This document shows, piece by piece, positions 57,642 through 64,000 of a stretch of 64,000 nt of DNA. The notes beneath the pieces were generated by a model that saw only the letters and a list, made by a program, of their open reading frames with translations, did no database searches and was not told the origin of the DNA. Source of the DNA: Staphylococcus phage vB_SurM-PSU4; sequence record OL436245.1. One strand, written 5' to 3'. Both the position numbers and the translations under genes were made by a program. Positions within the stretch are counted from its first letter, which is position 1. Each line of letters starts with the position of its first letter.

Positions 57642-57974
57642 ATGAATGAAGAAATTAAAATTGATAAAGAGTATATTACTGAACTATTGAATAACGAACC
57701 GTTTAAAGATAAAATAAAAGAACTAGAAGATGAAACAGATGAACTAAGCAGTTATAGAAAAAAACTATTAATTGAACAAGCAAAACTATATGAACAAATA
57801 CATGACTTAATAAATATGTACAATTTCATGGATAATAAATCTTATAGTGTTAATAAAGTTATACATGAAAATAACACTAAGATTAAAAACCTTAAAGGCT
57901 ACTATGATATAAATACAACTAATTTGAATAAAAGAACAGTGTTAAGCTTAAATGAAGAACATACAGAAGAATAA
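57642..57974 (+). CDS. Hypothetical coiled-coil protein (110 aa)
   Basis: RBS AGGAGAGATAATTATG. Confidence 0.6.
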   Translation: MNEEIKIDKEYITELLNNEPFKDKIKELEDETDELSSYRKKLLIEQAKLYEQIHDLINMYNFMDNKSYSVNKVIHENNTKIKNLKGYYDINTTNLNKRTVLSLNEEHTEE

Positions 57975-58059
57975 GTGAAATGAAATACCTGCTTCTATGC
58001 TTGACAGCTATGAAGCGGGTATGTTATATTTAATATATAATCAATTAGGAGGTGTTAGA

Positions 58060-58164
58060 ATGATTACAATTGGAAGTATATTCTCAGGTTTCGTAGTAGT
58101 ATTAGTGTTATTAACTATCATTGTAAGTAGTATTTATTCTTTAGTAGATTTATTTAAAAAATAG
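58060..58164 (+). CDS. Tiny TM peptide (34 aa)
   Basis: ATG after AGGAGGTGTTAGA. Sequence MITIGSIFSGFVVVLVLLTIIVSSIYSLVDLFKK. Preceded by a TTGACA promoter. Confidence 0.4.
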   Translation: MITIGSIFSGFVVVLVLLTIIVSSIYSLVDLFKK

Positions 58165-58168
58165 TATT

Positions 58169-58197
58169 GACAATCTTATAGAAATCATTTATACTAA
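58169..58197 (+). promoter_or_regulatory. Sigma-A-like promoter (TTGACA, 17-bp spacer, TATACT)
   Basis: ATTGACAATCTTATAGAAATCATTTATACTAAG. Confidence 0.6.
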
Positions 58198-58227
58198 GTA
58201 TATACCAAATAAAAGGAGACGATTTAA

Positions 58228-58626
58228 ATGAAAAAATTATTAGGAAGTTTAGTTATAGGTAGTGCATTATTACTAGGGGCATGTGGAAATGAAGAACAAG
58301 TAAGTAAAGAGGAACCAATAAAAGAAGAAGCACAAGTAGAAACAAAGGTAGATGACCCTAACGTACCTTGGTGGGAAGAAGAAGGTGGACAAGAGAAACT
58401 AGAAGAAGTACCTTATGAGGAAAATGGAGCTACTGTAGAATCAGACGAGGAAGAATGGGTAGACCCTAACGCAGAACAAGCTGAAGAAGAGTTATTAGAA
58501 TCTGAAGGTGGAAATTATGGTTATGCAGAAGGCGAGTATGAGAGATGGAAAGAAGGCGTATATCGTCAGGTAGAAGAAAATAGAGAAAAAGAAAGAAAAT
58601 TTCAAGAGAATGGTTATTATGAGTAA
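58228..58626 (+). CDS. Secreted, highly acidic lipoprotein (lipobox LLGAC)
   Basis: N-terminal sequence MKKLLGSLVIGSALLLGACGNEE, a signal peptide with lipobox. The mature part is about 35% Glu/Asp. Confidence 0.7.
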   Translation: MKKLLGSLVIGSALLLGACGNEEQVSKEEPIKEEAQVETKVDDPNVPWWEEEGGQEKLEEVPYEENGATVESDEEEWVDPNAEQAEEELLESEGGNYGYAEGEYERWKEGVYRQVEENREKERKFQENGYYE

Positions 58627-58861
58627 AGAGGTGAACCTGTTGAATAAAAAAGAAAATACGATTTTAACAAATAATGAAGATGGTATGGATATTTACATTG
58701 ATAATAAAAAGAATATTATGTATGTGTCTATGAATGAAAGAATTACAGATAAAGGCATAACTAAATTAAAAGCAGGACTAGAACATAGTACAGATTATAA
58801 GGTAATTGTAATGGAAAAAATTAATAGCATTAATTATATAGGAGGGGAACTAAATGGATGA
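58619..58861 (+). CDS. Hypothetical protein (80 aa)
   Basis: ATG overlapping the end of the upstream gene. Confidence 0.5.
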   Translation: MSKEVNLLNKKENTILTNNEDGMDIYIDNKKNIMYVSMNERITDKGITKLKAGLEHSTDYKVIVMEKINSINYIGGELNG

Positions 58862-59225
58862 TAAAATGATTAATGAAGTAGGAAAGTATTTGAAAGACAT
58901 AAGTAGCCAAGGATTTGAAACATATGTACAAGGGGTTTGGGCTTCTAGTATAGTGTTTACCCTAATAGGTTTAATATGTTTAGCTATTATTCCTTTTGTA
59001 TTTAAATATGTAGACCGAACTATTGATAAGTTAGAGGAGAAAAGTTCCTTAAATGACTCAGACGTATACGTATTAGACTCAAGCACAACAATAGCTATTT
59101 CAGGTTGGTTAATTATAGCAATATTAGCATGTGTAGGACTTTTATTGATTGGTTTTAACATTATAGGAATATTCGCACCTGAGTATATAGCTATCAAAGA
59201 ATTAATTAGTAATATTAAAGGATAA
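58854..59225 (+). CDS. Membrane protein (123 aa, 3 TM)
   Basis: Hydrophobic helices. RBS GGAGGGGAAC. Confidence 0.6.
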   Translation: MDDKMINEVGKYLKDISSQGFETYVQGVWASSIVFTLIGLICLAIIPFVFKYVDRTIDKLEEKSSLNDSDVYVLDSSTTIAISGWLIIAILACVGLLLIGFNIIGIFAPEYIAIKELISNIKG

Positions 59226-59240
59226 TAGGAGGAAAATTAA

Positions 59241-59534
59241 ATGGTTAAAATAACAGAAACAGGAGTACCTAAAGAAGAGATGGAAACAGTTTGTGTATGG
59301 GATGCACTAAATAGTTGTTGGATAATCGAGAGTTCAACTAGGAAACACATCACAAAAATACTAAAACAATATCCTCAAGCAGAGGTTGTAGAACAATATG
59401 AAAATGGCACACCAACATATATTAGAGTAAAATTAGAAGAGGACTTAATTAGCTTTAGAAAACCTGTTAAGAAAGAGACGAGAGAGCAAATGTCTAAATT
59501 AGCACAAGAGAGATTCGGTAAAAAAGACAAGTAG
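59241..59534 (+). CDS. Hypothetical protein (97 aa)
   Basis: RBS AGGAGGAAAATTAAATG. Confidence 0.6.
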   Translation: MVKITETGVPKEEMETVCVWDALNSCWIIESSTRKHITKILKQYPQAEVVEQYENGTPTYIRVKLEEDLISFRKPVKKETREQMSKLAQERFGKKDK

Positions 59535-59553
59535 GGATAAGGAGGAAAAGACT

Positions 59554-59736
59554 ATGGGGTTTGCAATGATTATTAGTATCATAGCTTCTGTATACTTATT
59601 GAGAAATGTATGGGAATGTTATCAAGTTGGTGATAAAGAGCAACTTTGGTTTCAATTAATGTTACTAGCATTTTCACTGTGTGTTGTATATCATTCATAT
59701 CAAGTATGGACAACACCAGTGTACTATTACTATTAA
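59554..59736 (+). CDS. Small membrane protein (60 aa, 2 TM)
   Basis: RBS AAGGAGGAAAAGACTATG. Confidence 0.55.
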   Translation: MGFAMIISIIASVYLLRNVWECYQVGDKEQLWFQLMLLAFSLCVVYHSYQVWTTPVYYYY

Positions 59737-59756
59737 AAAATTAGGAGGAATTTATA

Positions 59757-60686
59757 ATGACAAATAAAACAAGATACCAAACAAAGGTACTAGAATTATT
59801 AGATGATTTACTTACAGAAAAAACACTAAATGACGAGAAGCTTAAACAAAAAGTGAAAGAATATATAGGTTCAAAAGTTGCAAGTATAGATGCAGTATTA
59901 TTCGATGTTGATGGTGATGGTAAAAAGACTGCTTTAAATAATATTATTGAAAAAGTGAAGAATGAGAATCTAGTAGAACTAGAATCACTTTTAGACAAGT
60001 ATGAACTAGATTTTGACCTTGAATATTTATCAGGAGATTTCCAAGTATATACCAAGTTAGATGGTAAAGAGATTGTTATAAATAAAGGTTCAGAAAAAGA
60101 CTTCGTTTTATTTATCGGAGACCTAAATTTTGAAATGAATTCTCAAGAATTAGAAACTTTCCTAGATAGAAATGTACAAAAAGAGATTGGTAGTATTTTA
60201 AATGGAGAAAAGCTAAGTAAAGTTTTTAACTATTTAACTATTGAAGGTTATGCTTTTGATGAGAAAAGTAATAAAATTAGTCTAAAATTTCCTGGAAGAG
60301 ATTTAGAATTTTTTGAGGAAAAAGGTAAGTTATATTTTTCAAACTTAGTAGGGTATATAAAACCTTTAGATATTGAAAAGGAAGAAGATTTAAATTCTAT
60401 TATAAGTGGAAATGCTTTAGCAGAAGATGTAATCGAAGAGGTTCAAAAACATTTAGACTTATGTTACTTTGAATATGAACTCAATTACAATAATGACAAT
60501 ATTACTTCTATAATATTTGAAAGTAGAGAAGCATTTGTTATTATTAAAGTTCTTGAAGAAAGTAATAAGATTACTATTCAAGCACATGATAATGATGGAT
60601 ACACAGTACATTATCAAGAACCATTAGTATATAGAACAATAGAAGAACTAGATTTACTTATATCAGAAATGTTAACTACTCATTAA
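59757..60686 (+). CDS. Hypothetical protein (309 aa)
   Basis: RBS AGGAGGAATTTATAATG. The last long ORF before the repeat-rich non-coding region. Confidence 0.65.
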   Translation: MTNKTRYQTKVLELLDDLLTEKTLNDEKLKQKVKEYIGSKVASIDAVLFDVDGDGKKTALNNIIEKVKNENLVELESLLDKYELDFDLEYLSGDFQVYTKLDGKEIVINKGSEKDFVLFIGDLNFEMNSQELETFLDRNVQKEIGSILNGEKLSKVFNYLTIEGYAFDEKSNKISLKFPGRDLEFFEEKGKLYFSNLVGYIKPLDIEKEEDLNSIISGNALAEDVIEEVQKHLDLCYFEYELNYNNDNITSIIFESREAFVIIKVLEESNKITIQAHDNDGYTVHYQEPLVYRTIEELDLLISEMLTTH

Positions 60687-60815
60687 GTTGAGTAGTTTTT
60701 TTATGTTTAATCAGAGAGCTAATAGGAGCTTGTTTTAGGTAAGTAGAAATAAAGAAGGTAGGATTAATCCTAAAATGAAATAAAGTCCAAGGAGACCACC
60801 TTAGAGTGTCTCTGT

Positions 60816-61180
60816 AAGAGTAAAAAGCATAAGTATGAATAAAGAAATACCAAAACGTAAAAAAGCATAAGTATATATGAAGTTTTGTCCAATCGTAAAA
60901 AGCCTAAGTATGTTTCTAGAATATCCAATTCATATTTAAAGGTAACTTGAAAATGGAAAAAGCATAAGTATAAATGAAGAAATTTCAAATCGTAAAAAGC
61001 CTAAGTATGTTTCTAGAATATCCAATTCATATTTAAAGGTAACTTGAAAATGGAAAAGTATAAGTAGTTTTTAACTTTTATCAAATCGTAAAAAGCATAA
61101 GTAAAAACTAGCTTTAATAGAAACGTAAAAAGCATAAGTAGTTTTTAACTTTTATAAAAACGTAAAAAAGACAAGTAGGA
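60816..61180 (+). repeat. Iteron-like array: at least 9 copies of a ~16-bp motif (GTAAAAAGCATAAGTA and variants), including a ~70-bp segment duplicated exactly
   Basis: Copies begin at about 60819, 60856, 60894, 60958, 60991, 61054, 61087, 61124 and 61161. An identical ~70-bp block sits at about 60889-60958 and 60986-61055 and contains a TTCTAGAA palindrome. Confidence 0.8.
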
Positions 61181-61396
61181 ACTAGGTTTCCTCGCCCTAT
61201 AAAAAATATAGACCGCAAAAAACACTAGGAATATTATTCCCAGTGTATTGTATAATTTTTTTTATAGAATATTTATAACATTATATTCAAAACAAATACT
61301 ATTATAGCAGACTGATATATAATTTCAATACTTTTTTACAAATTAAAAGGGAAATTTTTCACTTTATGACAATTTAAAAAAGTGTAAAATTGGTTC

Positions 61397-61425
61397 TTGA
61401 CAAATCGGCTTTTATCCTTTATCAT
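61397..61425 (+). promoter_or_regulatory. Sigma-A consensus promoter (TTGACA, 17-bp spacer, TATCAT) driving a ~240-nt non-coding leader
   Basis: TCTTGACAAATCGGCTTTTATCCTTTATCATAAT. No ORF of 20 or more codons before 61676. Confidence 0.55.
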
Positions 61426-61586
61426 AATAATTGGAGGGGTCTGTCTGTCTTATATATAGGTTATTCTATAAAAAAGTTATATAATAAATATAGAATTATA
61501 TAAAAAAATTATTCTATTTATTTTTTACCTAATTTCTAGTTTCTACCATATAAATGAAATTTTAAGACCTAAAAAAGTTTTTAATT

Positions 61587-61615
61587 TTGGGGGTTGCAAA
61601 CTGAATTAACTTAGT
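61587..61615 (+). promoter_or_regulatory. Second promoter (TTGCAA, 17-bp spacer, TATAGT) upstream of the 61676 gene
   Basis: GGTTGCAAACTGAATTAACTTAGTGTATAGTATT, followed by the small hairpin GATAGA-AAAAA-TCTATC. Confidence 0.5.
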
Positions 61616-61675
61616 GTATAGTATTAGACAGATAGAAAAAATCTATCTAACTAAAAACTAATGGAGGTAATTTTA

Positions 61676-61978
61676 ATGGGAAAGAATAAAGATATACAAA
61701 ATATAATAGGGGTATTCGATTTATATGGTGCCATAGATAGACGTAATGAAAATTATATCGTATACGGTAAACCACAAGGCGAATATTTGCAGTTACTTAT
61801 ACAGACTAATCAAGGATATATTGAATTCTATCAAAAACAGAAGTTTTTTAAAAAACAGTTACCGCAAGAATATGGAACGATGTTTCATAAATACGGTTTA
61901 ACATTTTTATATATTAATAGAATGTTATATATCATTAGGAATAAAAAAATAATAAATCAAATTGAAATTCTTGATTAA
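61676..61978 (+). CDS. Small early-type protein (100 aa)
   Basis: ATG at 61676 follows AATGGAGGTAATTTTA. Confidence 0.55.
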   Translation: MGKNKDIQNIIGVFDLYGAIDRRNENYIVYGKPQGEYLQLLIQTNQGYIEFYQKQKFFKKQLPQEYGTMFHKYGLTFLYINRMLYIIRNKKIINQIEILD

Positions 61979-62020
61979 TATATTTAAATAAAAAAATTAT
62001 AGAATAGGGGAAAATAAAAT

Positions 62021-62188
62021 ATGAAAACTGTTCAAATTATAAAAAACGTAAAAGTACAAAAAAATAATTTAGTTGTAGGGGATTATATAAAAAGTGAATT
62101 AAATGATACACAATATAATATTACCGTAACTAAAATAATTGAAAAATTAAATGGTTTAACTTTAGTTGATGGGATTGTAGCAAAATAA
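62021..62188 (+). CDS. Small protein (55 aa)
   Basis: RBS AGGGGAAAATAAAATATG. Followed by the hairpin AGTGCTTTAAC...GTTAAAGCACT. Confidence 0.45.
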   Translation: MKTVQIIKNVKVQKNNLVVGDYIKSELNDTQYNITVTKIIEKLNGLTLVDGIVAK

Positions 62189-62191
62189 AAA

Positions 62192-62226
62192 AAGTGCTTT
62201 AACCTTTTACCACGTTAAAGCACTAC
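62192..62226 (+). terminator. Stem-loop (11-bp stem) after the small gene; A-run upstream and a weak U-run downstream
   Basis: AGTGCTTTAACCTTTTACCACGTTAAAGCACT. Confidence 0.35.
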
Positions 62227-62244
62227 CAAATTTAAAAAAACTAT

Positions 62245-62456
62245 TGCAATTATCTTATAACTTGATATAATAGTATTTGTAAGGTAATCAAAAAGGAACT
62301 TAAGCAAATAACGAAAAATATTTAAAATAAGACTTGCATTTACATTAAAGATGTAGTATCATAATAGATGTAAGGGAAAGAAACACAATACACCTTAAAA
62401 ACTTTTTAAAAAAGTTAAAGAAAACTATTGACAACATAGAAACAACATGTTATTAT
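62245..62456 (+). promoter_or_regulatory. Three stacked sigma-A-like promoters with no intervening ORF
   Basis: TTGCAA-16-TATAAT at 62245-62272; TTGCAT-17-TATCAT at 62335-62363; TTGACA-17-TATTAT at 62428-62456. Confidence 0.5.
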
Positions 62457-62534
62457 TAAGATAACAAATAAGACAAGCCACTAGCAAATAAGGAAATTAA
62501 ATAAAAAAATTATTAAAAAGGAAGTTGATTAATT

Positions 62535-62822
62535 ATGACAAAGAAAAATTATTTATATACAGAAACTCACACAGTACAAAATAAAGAAATTGAAGTTTTT
62601 AGAATTAAAAATGACGTGAACGGTAATCCACGTTATGTCGTACACTTTAGAGACCTGGGCATCGGTTTATGGGACTATGACAACATAAACAAACTATACG
62701 GATTTAATAAATATCGTGCCCAATGGTTTGGCGGTGGTGTAGTATTTCAAAGCTATAATATTGAAGATACTCTAAATTATGCACTAGAAACAGTTAAAGA
62801 AAAAGAAGCGGTTAAGAATTAA
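62535..62822 (+). CDS. Small early-type protein (95 aa)
   Basis: Preceded by the conserved leader cassette AATTAAATAAAAAAATTATTAAAAAGGAAGTTGATTAATT-ATG. Followed by the hairpin AAGCGGTT...AACCGCTT. Confidence 0.6.
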   Translation: MTKKNYLYTETHTVQNKEIEVFRIKNDVNGNPRYVVHFRDLGIGLWDYDNINKLYGFNKYRAQWFGGGVVFQSYNIEDTLNYALETVKEKEAVKN

Positions 62823-62871
62823 AACCGCTTCTGAATTAAATAAAAAAATTATATAAAAAGGAATTGATAAT

Positions 62872-63144
62872 ATGAATTTAGAAATAGAAACTAAACCAGT
62901 TAAAACACTAAAAGCAATTAAAGACGATACTAGAAATATTAAAAATAGTATAGCAAGTCATTTAGGATTAGAAAGAGAACAATTTAAATTATCTAATGGA
63001 TTAATAACTTTAAAAGGTTATTCAGAAGAATTTAAATGCTGGTATAATTTAACTAGCACGATTGGTAATTTCCCTAAATATTTAAAATCAGAATTATATA
63101 ATGAATACAAATTATATTGTAATGTAGAATTAAAAACTAAATAA
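62872..63144 (+). CDS. Small early-type protein (90 aa)
   Basis: Preceded by the leader cassette AATTAAATAAAAAAATTATATAAAAAGGAATTGATAAT-ATG. Confidence 0.6.
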   Translation: MNLEIETKPVKTLKAIKDDTRNIKNSIASHLGLEREQFKLSNGLITLKGYSEEFKCWYNLTSTIGNFPKYLKSELYNEYKLYCNVELKTK

Positions 63145-63180
63145 TTAAATAAAAAAATTATATAAAAAGGATATGATATT

Positions 63181-63456
63181 ATGACAAAATATATAATAAC
63201 TGAGTGCGGAGATATCTCAATAGAAAATAAAAAGTTAAAAAATACTATAAAAGAATTAATTAATAAAGAAATAAAAAATATTGAAGATAACACTATTGAT
63301 GAAGATAAAGAATTAGCAGAAAAAACTATAAAAAAATTATCTAATTTAAAACCATATAATAGAGATGGATTAAAACAGTTTAACAATATATTAAATATAT
63401 TATCAGTTTGGGAAGGTGCTTACAATCCATATGAATTAGAATACAAAGAAATTTAA
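63181..63456 (+). CDS. Small early-type protein (91 aa)
   Basis: Preceded by the leader cassette AATTAAATAAAAAAATTATATAAAAAGGATATGATATT-ATG. Confidence 0.6.
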   Translation: MTKYIITECGDISIENKKLKNTIKELINKEIKNIEDNTIDEDKELAEKTIKKLSNLKPYNRDGLKQFNNILNILSVWEGAYNPYELEYKEI

Positions 63457-63596
63457 TAAAAAAGTTATATAATATCCTTAGGATTAATTTCCTAGGGATT
63501 TTTATTTGTTTAAATTTATATAAAAAAAATTATATAATAATTACTGTATAGAATAAAAGAAAAATTGAATAACTTTAATATTGATTAATTTATTTA

Positions 63597-63662
63597 TAGA
63601 ATAACTAAAATATAGAGTAACTAAAATATAGAATAATTAAAATATAGAGTAACTAAAATATA
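63597..63662 (+). repeat. Four tandem copies of a 16-bp unit (TAACTAAAATATAGAR)
   Basis: ATAGAATAACTAAAATATAGAGTAACTAAAATATAGAATAATTAAAATATAGAGTAACTAAAATATA. Confidence 0.7.
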
Positions 63663-64000
63663 TTAGAACCTGGGAATTCTTTAACCACCCCACTGGATAA
63701 CATTATAATTATATTGCCTACCCACCTATTAAACTTTTTAATTAATTATAGATAATCTTATTCAATAGTTATTGTATTGTGTCCGCTTCAATACTTATTT
63801 TATTCTATAATTTTATTATTTAATTGTGGGCTAATCAATGCTAATGATATTATATTGTGTACTAATGAATAGTTAATGAATTGTATTAGGTGGATAATGA
63901 ATTGTAATCAATTGTATAATATTTTTATAGTATTTGAAGCGGTTGTATTCATTTGTTATTATATAAAAAAATTATATAGTTTACTTTAGTCAATTAACGT

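Noticed and set aside
60816-61180. CRISPR-array interpretation of the repeat cluster
   Set aside because: The repeats are about 16 bp, degenerate and irregularly spaced (15-70 bp). Part of the region is a duplicated 70-bp block. No cas genes or leader are present. Iterons or a terminal-repeat boundary fit better.
1-64000. Lysogeny or defence-island content (integrase, repressor, CRISPR, restriction-modification, toxin-antitoxin)
   Set aside because: No integrase, recombinase or methyltransferase motifs were seen. The content is replication, structural and early genes of a lytic myovirus.

Overview
The window reads as a contiguous 64-kb piece of a large, AT-rich, strictly lytic myovirus of a low-GC Gram-positive host. 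It most resembles the Staphylococcus-infecting Herelleviridae (Twortvirinae, Kayvirus/Silviavirus-like). All convincing genes are on the + strand. Nothing here looks like a cellular defence island; the candidates for something new are anti-defence and host-takeover functions. The interesting spots, in rough order of interest: an unusual ribonucleotide reductase (ATP-cone on the beta subunit, cone-less alpha, two flanking thioredoxins, no NrdI); an iteron-like repeat array at 60.8-61.2 kb; a recurring ~38-bp leader cassette upstream of small early genes; a Lar-like anti-restriction zinc ribbon; a nucleoside 2-deoxyribosyltransferase with a PnuC-like membrane protein; a T9-tract frameshift splitting a membrane protein; a recurring terminator whose loop carries the -35 of the next promoter. 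The window breaks into five blocks, listed below.

- **1-7.9 kb, end of the tail/baseplate module.** A 1165-aa adsorption-associated tail protein is followed by two paralogous receptor-binding proteins with a small gene between them.
- **8-37 kb, replication, recombination and nucleotide-metabolism module.** It holds an SF2 helicase, a Rep-like protein, a DnaB-like helicase, Mre11/SbcD plus Rad50/SbcC, a primase, an Hjc-like resolvase and an intron-less family-A DNA polymerase. It also holds a free-standing HNH endonuclease, a nucleoside 2-deoxyribosyltransferase with a PnuC-like membrane protein, a RecA/UvsX-like recombinase and a sigma-like factor.
- **37-47 kb, mixed small genes.** These include Ig-like paralogs, a second HNH endonuclease, a Lar-like restriction-alleviation zinc ribbon, a metallophosphoesterase and a PD-(D/E)xK nuclease.
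- **47.6-60.7 kb, promoter-dense accessory region.** It is packed with sigma-A-like promoters, many tiny transmembrane peptides, a tRNA, two more homing-endonuclease-like genes, an acidic lipoprotein and a membrane protein split at a T9 tract.
- **60.8-64 kb, right end.** It consists of an iteron-like repeat array, stacked promoters, and small early genes that each carry a conserved ~38-bp leader cassette. This resembles the early/terminal-repeat region of Twort-like phages.
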